Under the pieces are notes generated by a model. It made no database searches. It had not been told where the DNA came from and saw only the letters and a list, made by a program, of their open reading frames with translations. This document shows positions 23,563 through 36,748 of a stretch of DNA of 64,000 nt, piece by piece. The first letter of the stretch is position 1, and every line of letters begins with the position of its first letter. Made by a program: the position numbers and the translations under genes. The DNA is taken from assembly GCA_964016885.1 (NCBI GenBank), contig OZ024743.1, positions 92,752,001 through 92,816,000 of the forward strand, read 5' to 3'. Source of the DNA: Eledone cirrhosa. Its lineage: Eukaryota.

Positions 23563-23682
23563 GTTTACGGCCATATCACGCTGACAACACCGGTTCTCGT
23601 CCGATCACAGAAGTTAAGCAACGTCGAGCCTAGTTAGTACTTGGATGGGTGACCGCCTGGGAACCCTAGGTGCCGTAAGCGT
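23563..23682 (+). rRNA. 5S: 5S rRNA copy 28 (C47A)
   Basis: 5S with one substitution. Confidence 0.93.
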
Positions 23683-24435
23683 TTAATTTTTTTTTTTTTT
23701 TTTTTTCATTAATATCTTTACAGAGCTATTTATTTTTTTCAGTTCGGTGACCGCTTAGGAAACCGAGCTGCTCTATACATTTCCATTTTTCTTTTTTAGT
23801 TTCTTTCTTTTGCAAGCTTCTCTCGCCAATGTCTGTTAGTTTCAAAATAATTAGGCACGCAAACTTTTTCCTTTCTTTCAACCCTACCCTTCGCATACAC
23901 ACCACTGCAAACGTCTTAAAAGCTACCGACTGCAAAAACAGAGTTTCTTGATAATTTCAGATATTTCAAACTTTTATTCCGTTCGCCTTCCGAAGTAGTG
24001 AGCCTGCTATATACTCTAGAAAATATTTATTGAACAGAGATTTGGCTGCTTTTTCTAGCAGGTAAAATTAGCACATTTCTTCAGAGCCGTTCGAATCGAA
24101 CATTATCCACATCTGTAATAATTAATTCGGAATGGGTATCGTAGCTAGTTATTTGGCCAAGTTATATAAACAAAAAGACAACATAAGTTTTAAAGACAGC
24201 AATATCGACAGCTATGCGACACTCTCGTAGTTAATAACGTGTGTTAATTTAAAAGTTAGATGAGATTTATGTAAAATTTTATTAAGCAACCTAAATTGCT
24301 TGAAAATACTATGTTATACGGTTGAAAGTAAGAAAAATGTTTAATAGAAAATTAAAATATAAAAATTATCGTAAAAGAAAGGTGTTTAGTGAGTTGTTTT
24401 ATACAATAAAACTATTAAGTTCAGCATAAGCTTTC

Positions 24436-24555
24436 GTTTACGGCCATATCACGCTGACAACACCGGTTCTCGTCCGATCACCGAAGTTAAGCAACGTCGA
24501 GCCTAGTTAGTACTTGGATGGGTGACCGCCTGGGAACCCTAGGTGCCGTAAGCGT
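24436..24555 (+). rRNA. 5S: 5S rRNA copy 29
   Basis: Consensus 5S. Confidence 0.97.
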
Positions 24556-25311
24556 TTAATTTTTTTTTTTTTTTTTTTTTTTGATTAATATCTTTACAGA
24601 GCTATTTATTTTTTTAGTTCGGTGACCGCTTAGGAAACCGAGCTGCTGTATACATTTCCATTTTTCTTTTTTTAGTTTCTTTCTTTTGCAAGCTTCTCTC
24701 GCCAATGTCTGTTAGTTTCAAAATAATTAGGCACGCAAACTTTTTCCTTTCTTTCAACCCTACCCTTCGCATACACACCACTGCAAACGTCTTAAAAGCT
24801 ACCGACTGCAAAAACAGTGTTTCTTGATAATTTCAGATATTTCAAACTTTTATTCCGTTCGCCTTCCGAAGTAGTGAGCCTGCTATATACTCTAGAAAAT
24901 ATTTATTGAACAGAGATTTGGCTGCTTTTTCTAGCAGGTAAAATTAGCACATTTCTTTAGAGCCGTTCGAATCGAACATTATCCACATCTGTAATAATTA
25001 ATTCGGAATGGGTATCGTAGCTAGTTATTTGACCAAGTTATATAAACAAAAAGACAACATAAGTTTTAAAGACAGCGATATCGACAGCTATGCGACACTC
25101 TCGTAGTTAATAACGTGTGTTAATTTAAAAGTTAGATGAGATTTATGTAAAATTTTATTAAGCAACCTAAATTGCTTGAAAATACTGTGTTATACGGTTG
25201 AAAGTAAGAAACATGTTTAATAGAAAATTAAAATATAAAAATTATCGTAAAAGAAAGGTGTTTAGTGAGTTGTTTTATACAATAAAACTATTAAATTCAG
25301 CATAAGCTTTC

Positions 25312-25431
25312 GTTTACGGCCATATCACGCTGACAACACCGGTTCTCGTCCGATCACCGAAGTTAAGCAACGTCGAGCCTAGTTAGTACTTGGATGGGTG
25401 ACCGCCTGGGAACCCTAGGTGCCGTAAGCGT
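25312..25431 (+). rRNA. 5S: 5S rRNA copy 30
   Basis: Consensus 5S. Confidence 0.97.
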
Positions 25432-26184
25432 TTAATTTTTTTTTTTTTTTTTTTCATTAATATCTTTACAGAGCTATTTATTTTTTTAGTTCGGTGACCG
25501 CTCAGGAAACCGAGCTGCTGTATACATTTCCATTTTTCTTTCTTTTAGTTTCTTTCTTTTGCAAGCTTCTCTCGCCAATGTCTGTTATTTTCAAAATAAT
25601 TAGGCACGCAAACTTTTTCCTTTCTTTCAACCCTACCCTTCGCATACACACCACTGCAAACGTCTTAAAAGCTACCGACTGCAAAAACAGAGTTTCTTGA
25701 TAATTTCAGATATTTCAAACTTTTATTCCGTTCGCCTTCCGAAGTAGTGAGCCTGCTATATACTCGAGAAAATATTTATTGAACAGAGATTTGGCTGCTT
25801 TTTCTAGCAGGTAAAATTAGCACATTTCTTTAGAGCCGTTCGAATCGAACATTATCCACATCTGTAATAATTAATTCGGAATGGGTATCGTAGCTAGTTA
25901 TTTGGCCAAGTTATATAAACAAAAAGACAACATAAGTTTTAAAGACAGCGATATCGACAGCTATGCGACACTCTCGTAGTTAATAACGTGTGTTAATTTA
26001 AAAGTTAGATGAGATTTATGTAAAATTTTATTAAGTAACCTAAATTGCTTGAAAATACTGTGTTATACGGTTGAAAGTAAGAAAAATGTTTAATAGAAAA
26101 TTAAAATATAAAAATTATCGTAAAAGAAAGGTGTTTAGTGAGTTGTTTTATACAATAAAACTAGTAAATTCAGCATAAGCTTTC

Positions 26185-26304
26185 GTTTACGGCCATATCA
26201 CGCTGACAACACCGGTTCTCGTCCGATCACCGAAGTTAAGCAACGTCGAGCCTAGTTAGTACTTGGATGGGTGACCGCCTGGGAACCCTAGGTGCCGTAA
26301 GCGT
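26185..26304 (+). rRNA. 5S: 5S rRNA copy 31
   Basis: Consensus 5S. Confidence 0.97.
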
Positions 26305-27057
26305 TTAATTTTTTTTTTTTTTTTTTTTCATTAATATCTTTACAGAGCTATTTATTTTTTTCAGTTCGGTGACCGCTTAGGAAACCGAGCTGCTCTATAC
26401 ATTTCCATTTTTCTTTTTTAGTTTCTTTCTTTTGCAAGCTTCTCTCGCCAATGTCTGTTAGTTTCAAAATAATTAGGCACGCAAACTTTTTCCTTTCTTT
26501 CAACCCTACCCTTCGCATACACACCACTGCAAACGTCTTAAAAGCTACCGACTGCAAAAACAGAGTTTCTTGATAATTTCAGATATTTCAAACTTTTATT
26601 CCGTTCGCCTTCCGAAGTAGTGAGCCTGCTATATACTCTAGAAAATATTTATTGAACAGAGATTTGGCTGCTTTTTCTAGCAGGTAAAATTAGCACATTT
26701 CTTCAGAGCCGTTCGAATCGAACATTATCCACATCTGTAATAATTAATTCGGAATGGGTATCGTAGCTAGTTATTTGGCCAAGTTATATAAACAAAAAGA
26801 CAACATAAGTTTTAAAGACAGCAATATCGACAGCTATGCGACACTCTCGTAGTTAATAACGTGTGTTAATTTAAAAGTTAGATGAGATTTATGTAAAATT
26901 TTATTAAGCAACCTAAATTGCTTGAAAATACTATGTTATACGGTTGAAAGTAAGAAAAATGTTTAATAGAAAATTAAAATATAAAAATTATCGTAAAAGA
27001 AAGGTGTTTAGTGAGTTGTTTTATACAATAAAACTATTAAGTTCAGCATAAGCTTTC

Positions 27058-27177
27058 GTTTACGGCCATATCACGCTGACAACACCGGTTCTCGTCCGAT
27101 CACCGAAGTTAAGCAACGTCGAGCCTAGTTAGTACTTGGATGGGTGACCGCCTGGGAACCCTAGGTGCCGTAAGCGT
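27058..27177 (+). rRNA. 5S: 5S rRNA copy 32
   Basis: Consensus 5S. Confidence 0.97.
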
Positions 27178-27933
27178 TTAATTTTTTTTTTTTTTTTTTT
27201 TTTTGATTAATATCTTTACAGAGCTATTTATTTTTTTAGTTCGGTGACCGCTTAGGAAACCGAGCTGCTGTATACATTTCCATTTTTCTTTTTTTAGTTT
27301 CTTTCTTTTGCAAGCTTCTCTCGCCAATGTCTGTTAGTTTCAAAATAATTAGGCACGCAAACTTTTTCCTTTCTTTCAACCCTACCCTTCGCATACACAC
27401 CACTGCAAACGTCTTAAAAGCTACCGAGTGCAAAAACAGAGTTTCTTGATAATTTCAGATATTTCAAACTTTTATTCCGTTCGCCTTCCGAAGTAGTGAG
27501 CCTGCTATATACTCTAGAAAATATTTATTGAACAGAGATTTGGCTGCTTTTTCTAGCAGGTAAAATTAGCACATTTCTTTAGAGCCGTTCGAATCGAACA
27601 TTATCCACATCTGTAATAATTAATTCGGAATGGGTATCGTAGCTAGTTATTTGGCCAAGTTATATAAACAAAAAGACAACATAAGTTTTAAAGACAGCGA
27701 TATCGACAGCTATGCGACACTCTCGTAGTTAATAACGTGTGTTAATTTAAAAGTTAGATGAGATTTATGTAAAATTTTATTAAGCAACCTAAATTGCTTG
27801 AAAATACTGTGTTATACGGTTGAAAGTAAGAAAAATGTTTAATAGAAAATTAAAATATAAAAATTATCGTAAAAGAAAGGTGTTTAGTGAGTTGTTTTAT
27901 ACAATAAAACTATTAAATTCAGCATAAGCTTTC

Positions 27934-28053
27934 GTTTACGGCCATATTACGCTGACAACACCGGTTCTCGTCCGATCACCGAAGTTAAGCAACGTCGAAC
28001 CTAGTTAGTACTTGGATGGGTGACCGCCTGGGAACCCTAGGTGCCCTAAGCGT
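27934..28053 (+). rRNA. 5S: 5S rRNA copy 33 (C15T, G66A, G113C)
   Basis: Derivative of copy 27 type. Confidence 0.9.
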
Positions 28054-28806
28054 TTAATTTTTTTTTTTTTTTTTTTCATTAATATCTTTACAGAGCTATT
28101 TATTTTTTTAGTTCGGTGACCGCTTAGGAAACCGAGCTGCTGTATACATTTCCATTTTTCTTTCTTTTAGTTTCTTTCTTTTGCAAGCTTCTCTCGCCAA
28201 TGTCTGTTATTTTCAAAATAATTAGGCACGCAAACTTTTTCCTTTCTTTCAACCCTACCCTTCGCATACACACCACTGCAAACGTCTTAAAAGCTACCGA
28301 CTCCAAAAACAGATTTTCTTGATAATTTCAGATATTTCAAACTTTTATTCCGTTCGCCTTCCGAAGTAGTGAGCCTGCTATATACTCTAGAAAATATTTA
28401 TTGAACAGAGATTTGGCTGCTTTTTCTAGCAGGTAAAATTAGCACATTTCTTTAGAGCCGTTCGAATCGAACATTATCCACATCTGTAATAATTAATTCG
28501 GAATGGGTATCGTAGCTAGTTATTTGGCCAAGTTATATAAACAAAAAGACAACATAAGTTTTAAAGACAGCGATATCGACAGCTATGCGACACTCTCGTA
28601 GTTAATAACGTGTGTTAATTTAAAAGTTAGATGAGATTTATGTAAAATTTTATTAAGCAACCTAAATTGCTTGAAAATACTGTGTTATACGGTTGAAAGT
28701 AAGAAACATGTTTAATAGAAAATTAAAATATAAAAATTATCGTAAAAGAAAGGTGTTTAGTGAGTTGTTTTATACAATAAAACTATTAAATTCAGCATAA
28801 GCTTTC

Positions 28807-28926
28807 GTTTACGGCCATATCACGCTGACAACACCGGTTCTCGTCCGATCACCGAAGTTAAGCAACGTCGAGCCTAGTTAGTACTTGGATGGGTGACCGC
28901 CTGGGAACCCTAGGTGCCGTAAGCGT
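28807..28926 (+). rRNA. 5S: 5S rRNA copy 34
   Basis: Consensus 5S. Confidence 0.97.
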
Positions 28927-29682
28927 TTAATTTTTTTTTTTTTTTTTTTTTCATTAATATCTTTACAGAGCTATTTATTTTTTTCAGTTCGGTGACCGCT
29001 TAGGAAACCGAGCTGCTCTATACATTTCCATTTTTCTTTCTTTTAGTTTCTTTCTTTTGCAAGCTTCTCTCGCAAATGTCTGTTAGTTTCAAAATAATTA
29101 GGCACGCAAACTTTTTCCTTTCTTTCAACCCTACCCTTCGCATACACACCACTGCAAACGTCTTAAAAGCTACCGACTGCAAAAACAGAGTTTCTTGATA
29201 ATTTCAGATATTTCAAACTTTTATTCCGTTCGCCTTCCGAAGTAGTGAGCCTGCTATATACTCTAGAAAATATTTATTGAACTGAGATTTGGCTGCTTTT
29301 TCTAGCAGGTAAAATTAGCACATTACTTTAGAGCCGTTCGAATCGAACATTATCCACATCTGTAATAATTAATTCGGAATGGGTATCGTAGCTTGTTATT
29401 TGGCCAAGTTATATAAATAAAAAGACACCATAAGTTTTAAAGACAGCGATATCGACAGCTATGCAACACCCTCGTAGTTAATAACGTGTGTTAATTTAAA
29501 AGTTAGATGAGATTTATGTAAAATTTTATTAAGCAACCTAAATTGCTTGAAAATACTCTGTTATACGGTTGAAAGTAAGAAAAATGTTTAATAGAAAATT
29601 AAAATATAAAAATTATCGTAAAAGAAAGGTGTTTAGTGAGTTGTTTTATACAATAAAACTATTAAATTCAGCATAAGCTTTC

Positions 29683-29802
29683 GTTTACGGCCATATCACG
29701 CTGACAACACCGGTTCTCGTCCGATCACCGAAGTTAAGCAACGTCGAGCCTAGTTAGTACTTGGATGGGTGACCGCCTGGGAACCCTAGGTGCCGTAAGC
29801 GT
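29683..29802 (+). rRNA. 5S: 5S rRNA copy 35
   Basis: Consensus 5S. Confidence 0.97.
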
Positions 29803-30546
29803 TTAATTTTTTTTTTTTTTTTTTTTTTTCATTAATATCTTTACAGAGCTATTTATTTTTTTTAGTTCGGTGACCGCTTAGGAAACCGAGCTGCTGTATA
29901 CATTTCCATTTTTCTTTTTTTTGCAAGCTTCTCTCGCCAATGTCTGTTAGTTTCAAAATAATTAGGCACGCAAACTTTTTCCTTTCTTTCAACCCTACCC
30001 TTCGCATACACACCACTGCAAACGTCTTAAAAGCTACCGACTGCAAAAACAGAGTTTCTTGATAATTTCAGATATTTCAAACTTTTATTCCGTTCGCCTT
30101 CCGAAGTAGTGAGCCTGCTATATACTCTAGAAAATATTTATTGAACAGAGATTTGGCTGCTTTTTCTAGCAGGTAAAATTAGCACATTTCTTTAGAGCCG
30201 TTCGAATCGAACATTATCCACATCTGTAATAATTAATTCGGAATGGGTATCGTAGCTAGTTATTTGGCCAAGTTATATAAACAAAAAGACAACATAAGTT
30301 TTAAAGACAGCGATATCGACAGCTATGCGACACTCTCGTAGTTAATAACGTGTGTTAATTTAAAAGTTAGATGAGATTTATGTAAAATTTTATTAAGCAA
30401 CCTAAATTGCTTGAAAATACTGTGCTATACGGTTGAAAGTAAGAAAAATGTTTAATAGAAAATTAAAATATAAAAATTATCGTAAAAGAAAGGTGTTTAG
30501 TGAGTTGTTTTATACAATAAAACTATTAAGTTCAGCATAAGCTTTC

Positions 30547-30666
30547 GTTTACGGCCATATCACGCTGACAACACCGGTTCTCGTCCGATCACCGAAGTTA
30601 AGCAACGTCGAGCCTAGTTAGTACTTGGATGGGTGACCGCCTGGGAACCCTAGGTGCCGTAAGCGT
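30547..30666 (+). rRNA. 5S: 5S rRNA copy 36
   Basis: Consensus 5S. Confidence 0.97.
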
Positions 30667-31423
30667 TTAATTTTTTTTTTTTTTTTTTTTTTCATTAATA
30701 TCTTTACAGAGCTATTTATTTTTTTCAGTTCGGTGACCGCTTAGGAAACCGAGCTGCTCTATACATTTCCATTTTTCTTTCTTTTAGTTTCTTTCTTTTG
30801 CAAGCTTCTCTCGCAAATGTCTGTTAGTTTCAAAATAATTAGGCACGCAAACTTTTTCCTTTCTTTCAACCCTACCCTTCGCATACACACCACTGCAAAC
30901 GTCTTAAAAGCTACCGACTGCAAAAACAGAGTTTCTTGATAATTTCAGATATTTCAAACTTTTATTCCGTTCGCCTTCCGAAGTAGTGAGCCTGCTATAT
31001 ACTCTAGAAAATATTTATTGAACTGAGATTTGGCTGCTTTTTCTAGCAGGTAAAATTAGCACATTACTTTAGAGCCGTTCGAATCGAACATTATCCACAT
31101 CTGTAATAATTAATTCGGAATGGGTATCGTAGCTAGTTATTTGGCCAAGTTATATAAACAAAAAGACACCATAAGTTTTAAAGTCAGCGATATCGACAGC
31201 TATGCAACACCCTCGTAGTTAATAACGTGTGTTAATTTAAAAGTTAGATGAGATTTATGTAAAATTTTATTAAGCAACCTAAATTGCTTGAAAATACTCT
31301 GTTATACGGTTGAAAGTAAGAAAAATGTTTAATAGAAAATTAAAATATAAAAATTATCGTAAAAGAAAGGTGTTTAGTGAGTTGTTTTATACAATAAAAC
31401 TATTAAATTCAGCATAAGCTTTC

Positions 31424-31543
31424 GTTTACGGCCATATCACGCTGACAACACCGGTTCTCGTCCGATCACCGAAGTTAGGCAACGTCGAGCCTAGTTAATA
31501 CTTGGATGGGTGACCGCCTGGGAACCCTAGATGCCGTAAGCGT
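31424..31543 (+). rRNA. 5S: 5S rRNA copy 37 (A55G, G75A, G108A; possibly defective)
   Basis: Three private substitutions, in box A, loop E and helix V. Confidence 0.85.
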
Positions 31544-32301
31544 TTAATTATTATTATTTTTTTTTTTTTTTCATTAATATCTTTACAGAGCTATTCATTT
31601 TTTTAGTTCGGTGACCGCTTAGGAAACCGAGCTGCTGTATACATTTCCATTTTTCTTTCTTTTAGTTTCTTTCTTTTGCAAGCTTCTCTCGCCAATGTCT
31701 GTTAGTTTCAAAATAATTAGGCACGCAAACTTTTTCCTTTCTTTCAACCCTACCCTTCGCATACACACCACTGCAAACGTCTTAAAAGCTACCGACTGCA
31801 AAAACAGAGTTTCTTGATAATTTCAGATATTTCAAACTTTTATTCCGTTCGCCTTCCGAAGTAGTGAGCCTGCTATATACTCTAGAAAATATTTATTGAA
31901 CAGAGATTTGGCTGCTTCTTCTAGCAGGTAAAATTAGCACATTTCTTTAGAGCCGTTCGAATCGAACATTATCCACATCTGTAATAATTAATTCGGAATG
32001 GGTATCGTAGCTAGTTATTTGGCCAAGTTATATAAACAAAAAGACAACATAAGTTTTAAAGACAGCAATATCGACAGCTATGCGACACTCTCGTAGTTAA
32101 TAACGTGTGTTAAATTAAAAGTTAGATGAGATTTATGTAAAATTTTATTAAGCAACCTAAATTGCTTGAAAATACTGTGTTATACGGTTGAAAGTAAGAA
32201 AAATGTTTAATAGAAAATTAAAATATAAAAATTATCGTAAAAGAAAGGTGTTTAGTGAGTTGTTTTATACAATAAAACTATTAAATTCAGCATAAGCTTT
32301 C

Positions 32302-32421
32302 GTTTACGGCCATATCACGCTGACAACACCGGTTCTCGTTCGATCACCGAAGTTAAGCAACGTCGAGCCTAGTTAGTACTTGGATGGGTGACCGCCTGGG
32401 AACCCTAGGTGCAGTAAGCGT
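32302..32421 (+). rRNA. 5S: 5S rRNA copy 38 (C39T, C112A)
   Basis: 5S with two substitutions. Confidence 0.9.
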
Positions 32422-33162
32422 TTTATTTTTTATTTTTTTTTTTTTCATTAATATCTTTACAGAGCTATTTATTTTTTTTAGTTCGGTGACCGCTTAGGAA
32501 ACCGAGCTGCTGTATACATTTCCATTTTTCTTTTTTTTGCAAGCTTCTCTCGCCAATGTCTGTTAGTTTCAAAATAATTAGGCACGCAAACTTTTTCCTT
32601 TCTTTCAACCCTACCCTTCGCATACACACCACTGCAAACGTCTTAAAAGCTACCGACTGCAAAAACAGAGTTTCTTGATAATTTCAGATATTTCAAACTT
32701 TTCTTCCGTTCGCCTTCCGAAGTAGTGAGCCTGCTATATACTCTAGAAAATATTTATTGAACAGAGATTTGGCTGCTTTTTCTAGCAGGTAAAATTAGCA
32801 CATTTCTTTAGAGCCGTTCGAATCGAACATTATCCACATCTGTAATAATTAATTCGGAATGGGTATCGTAGCTAGTTATTTGGCCAAGTTATATAAACAA
32901 AAAGACAACATAAGTTTTAAAGACAGCAATATCGACAGCTATGCGACACTCTCGTAGTTAATAACGTGTGTTAAATTAAAAGTTAGATGAGATTTATGTA
33001 AAATTTTATTAAGCAACCTAAATTGCTTGAAAATACTGTGTTATACGGTTGAAAGTAAGAAAAATGTTTAATAGAAAATTAAAATATAAAAATTATCGTA
33101 AAAGAAAGGTGTTTAGTGAGTTGTTTTATACAATAAAACTATTAAATTCAGCATAAGCTTTC

Positions 33163-33282
33163 GTTTACGGCCATATCACGCTGACAACACCGGTTCTCGT
33201 CCGATCACCGAAGTTAAGCAACGTCGAGCCTAGTTAGTACTTGGATGGGTGACCGCCTGGGAACCCTAGGTGCCGTAAGCGT
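33163..33282 (+). rRNA. 5S: 5S rRNA copy 39
   Basis: Consensus 5S. Confidence 0.97.
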
Positions 33283-34037
33283 TTAATTTTTTTTTTTTTT
33301 TTTTTTTCATTAATATCTTTACAGAGCTATTTATTTTTTTAGTTCGGTGACCGCTTAGGAAACCGAGCTGCTCTATACATTTCCATTTTTCTTTCTTTTA
33401 GTTTCTTTCTTTTGCAAGCTTCTCTCGCCAATGTATGTTAGTTTCAAAATAATTAGGCACGCAAACTTTTTCCTTTCTTTCAACCCTACCCTTCGCATAC
33501 ACACCACTGCAAACGTCTTAAAAGCTACCGACTGCAAAATCAGAGTTTCTTGATAATTTCAGATATTTCAAACTTTTATTCCGTTCGCCTTCCGAAGTAG
33601 TGAGCCTGCTATATACTCGAGAAAATATTTATTGAACAGAGATTTGGCTGCTTTTTCTAGCAGGTAAAATTAGCACATTACCTCAGAGCCGTTCGAATCG
33701 AACATTATCCACATCTGTAATAATTAATTCGGAATGGGTATCGTAGCTAGTTACTTGGCCAAGTTATATAAACAAAAAGACAACATAAGTTTTAAAGACA
33801 GCAATATCGACAGCTATGCGACACTCTCGTAGTTAATAACGTGTGTTAATTTAAAAGTTAGATGAGATTTATGTAAACTTTTATTAAGCAACCTAAATTG
33901 CTTGAAAATACTATGTTATACGGTTGAAAGTAAGAAAAATGTTTAATAGAAAATTAAAATATAAAAATTATCGTAAAAGAAAGGTGTTTAGTGAGTTGTT
34001 TTATACAATAAAACTATTAAATTCAGCATAAGCTTTC

Positions 34038-34157
34038 GTTTACGGCCATATCACGCTGACAACACCGGTTCTCGTCCGATCACCGAAGTTAAGCAACGTC
34101 GAGCCTAGTTAGTACTTGGATGGGTGACCGCCTGGGAACCCTAGGTGCCGTAAGCGT
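34038..34157 (+). rRNA. 5S: 5S rRNA copy 40
   Basis: Consensus 5S. Confidence 0.97.
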
Positions 34158-34907
34158 TTAATTTTTTTTTTTTTTTTCATTAATATCTTTACAGAGCTAT
34201 TTATTTTTTTAGTTCGGTGACCGCTTAGGAAACCGAGCTGCTGTATACATTTCCATTTTTCTTTCTTTTAGTTTCTTTCTTTTGCAAGCTTCTCTCGCCA
34301 ATGTCTGTTAGTTTCAAAATAATTAGGCACGCAAACTTTTTCCTTTCTTTCAACCCTACCCTTCGCATACACACCACTGCAAACGTCTTAAAAGCTACCG
34401 ACTGCAAAAACAGAGTTTCTTGATAATTTCAGATATTTCAAACTTTTATTCCGTTCGCCTTCCGAAGTAGTGAGCCTGCTATATACTCTAGAAAATATTT
34501 ATTGAACAGAGATTTGGCTGCTTTTTCTAGCAGGTAAAATTAGCACATTTCTTTAGAGCCGTTCGAATCGAACATTATCCACATCTGTAATAATTAATTC
34601 GGAATGGGTATCGTAGCTAGTTATTTGGCCAAGTTATATAAACAAAAAGACAACATAAGTTTTAAAGACAGCAATATCGACAGCTATGCGACACTCTCGT
34701 AGTTAATAACGTGTGTTAAATTAAAAGTTAGATGAGATTTATGTAAAATTTTATTAAGCAACCTAAATTGCTTGAAAATACTGTGTTATACGGTTGAAAG
34801 TAAGAAAAATGTTTAATAGAAAATTAAAATATAAAAATTATCGTAAAAGAAAGGTGTTTAGTGAGTTGTTTTATACAATAAAACTATTAAATTCAGCATA
34901 AGCTTTC

Positions 34908-35027
34908 GTTTACGGCCATATCACGCTGACAACACCGGTTCTCGTCCGATCACCGAAGTTAAACAACGTCGAACCTAGTTAGTACTTGGATGGGTGACCG
35001 CCTGGGAACCCTAGGTGCCGTAAGCGT
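34908..35027 (+). rRNA. 5S: 5S rRNA copy 41 (G56A, G66A)
   Basis: 5S with two substitutions. Confidence 0.91.
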
Positions 35028-35781
35028 TTAATTTTTTTTTTTTTTTTTTTTCATTAATATCTTTACAGAGCTATTTATTTTTTTAGTTCGGTGACCGCTT
35101 AGGAAACCGAGCTGCTCTATACATTTCCATTTTTCTTTCTTTTAGTTTCTTTCTTTTGCAAGCTTCTCTCGCCAATGTATGTTAGTTTCAAAATAATTAG
35201 GCACGCAAACTTTTTCCTTTCTTTCAACCCTACCCTTCGCATACACACCACTGCAAACGTCTTAAAAGCTACCGACTGCAAAATCAGAGTTTCTTGATAA
35301 TTTCAGATATTTCAAACTTTTATTCCGTTCGCCTTCCGAAGTAGTGAGCCTGCTATATACTCTAGAAAATATTTATTGAACAGAGATTTGGCTGCTTTTT
35401 CTAGCAGGTAAAATTAGCACATTACCTCAGAGCCGTTCGAATCGAACATTATCCACATCTGTAATAATTAATTCGGAATGGGTATCGTAGCTAGTTATTT
35501 GGCCAAGTTATATAAACAAAAAGACAACATAAGTTTTAAAGACAGCAATATCGACAGCTATGCGACACTCTCGTAGTTAATAACGTGTGTTAATTTAAAA
35601 GTTAGATGAGATTTATGTAAAATTTTATTAAGCAACCTAAATTGCTTGAAAATACTGTGTTATACGGTTGAAAGTAAGAAAAATGTTTAATAGAAAATTA
35701 AAATATAAAAATTATCGTAAAAGAAAGGTGTTTAGTGAGTTGTTTTATACAATAAAACTATTAAATTCAGCATAAGCTTTC

Positions 35782-35901
35782 GTTTACGGCCATATCACGC
35801 TGACAACACCGGTTCTCGTCCGATCACCGAAGTTAAGCAACGTCGAGCCTAGTTAGTACTTGGATGGGTGACCGCCTGGGAACCCTAGGTGCCGTAAGCG
35901 T
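35782..35901 (+). rRNA. 5S: 5S rRNA copy 42
   Basis: Consensus 5S. Confidence 0.97.
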
Positions 35902-36628
35902 TTTATTTATTTATTTTTTTTTTTTTCATTAATATCTTTACAGAGCTATTTATTTTTTTTAGTTCGGTGACCGCTTAGGAAACCGAGCTGCTGTATACAT
36001 TTCCATTTTTCTTTTTTTTGCAAGCTTCTCTCGCCAATGTCTGTTAGTTTCAAAATAATTAGGCACGCAAACTTTTTCCTTTCTTTCAACCCTACCCTTC
36101 GCATACACACCACTGCTACCGACTGCAAAATCAGAGTTTCTTGATAATTTCAGATATTTCAAACTTTTATTCCGTTCGCCTTCCGAAGTAGTGAGCCTGC
36201 TATATACACTAGAAAATATTTATTGAACAGAGATTTGGCTGCTTTTTCTAGCAGGTAAAATTAGCACATTTCTTTAGAGCCGTTCGAATCGAACATTATC
36301 CACATCTGTAATAATTAATTCGGAATGGCTGTCGTAGCTAGTTATTTGGCCAAGTTATATAAACAAAAAGACAACATAAGTTTTAAAGACAGCAATATCG
36401 ACATCGATGCGACACTCTCGTAGTTAATAACGTGTGTTAATTTAAAAGTTAGATGAGATTTATGTAAAATTTTATTAAGCAACCTAAATTGCTTGAAAAT
36501 ACTGTGTTATACGGTTGAAAGTAAGAAAAATGTTTAATAGAAAATTAAAATATAAAAATTATCGTAAAAGAAAGGTGATTAGTGAGTTGTTTTATACAAT
36601 AAAACTATTAAATTTAGCATAAGCTTTC

Positions 36629-36748
36629 GTTTACGGCCATATCACGCTGACAACACCGGTTCTCGTCCGTTCACCGAAGTTAAGCAACGTCGAGCCTAGT
36701 TAGTACTTGGATGGGTGACCGCCTGGGAACCCTAGGTGCCGTAAGCGT
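36629..36748 (+). rRNA. 5S: 5S rRNA copy 43 (A42T)
   Basis: CCGTTCACC loop C variant. Confidence 0.94.
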
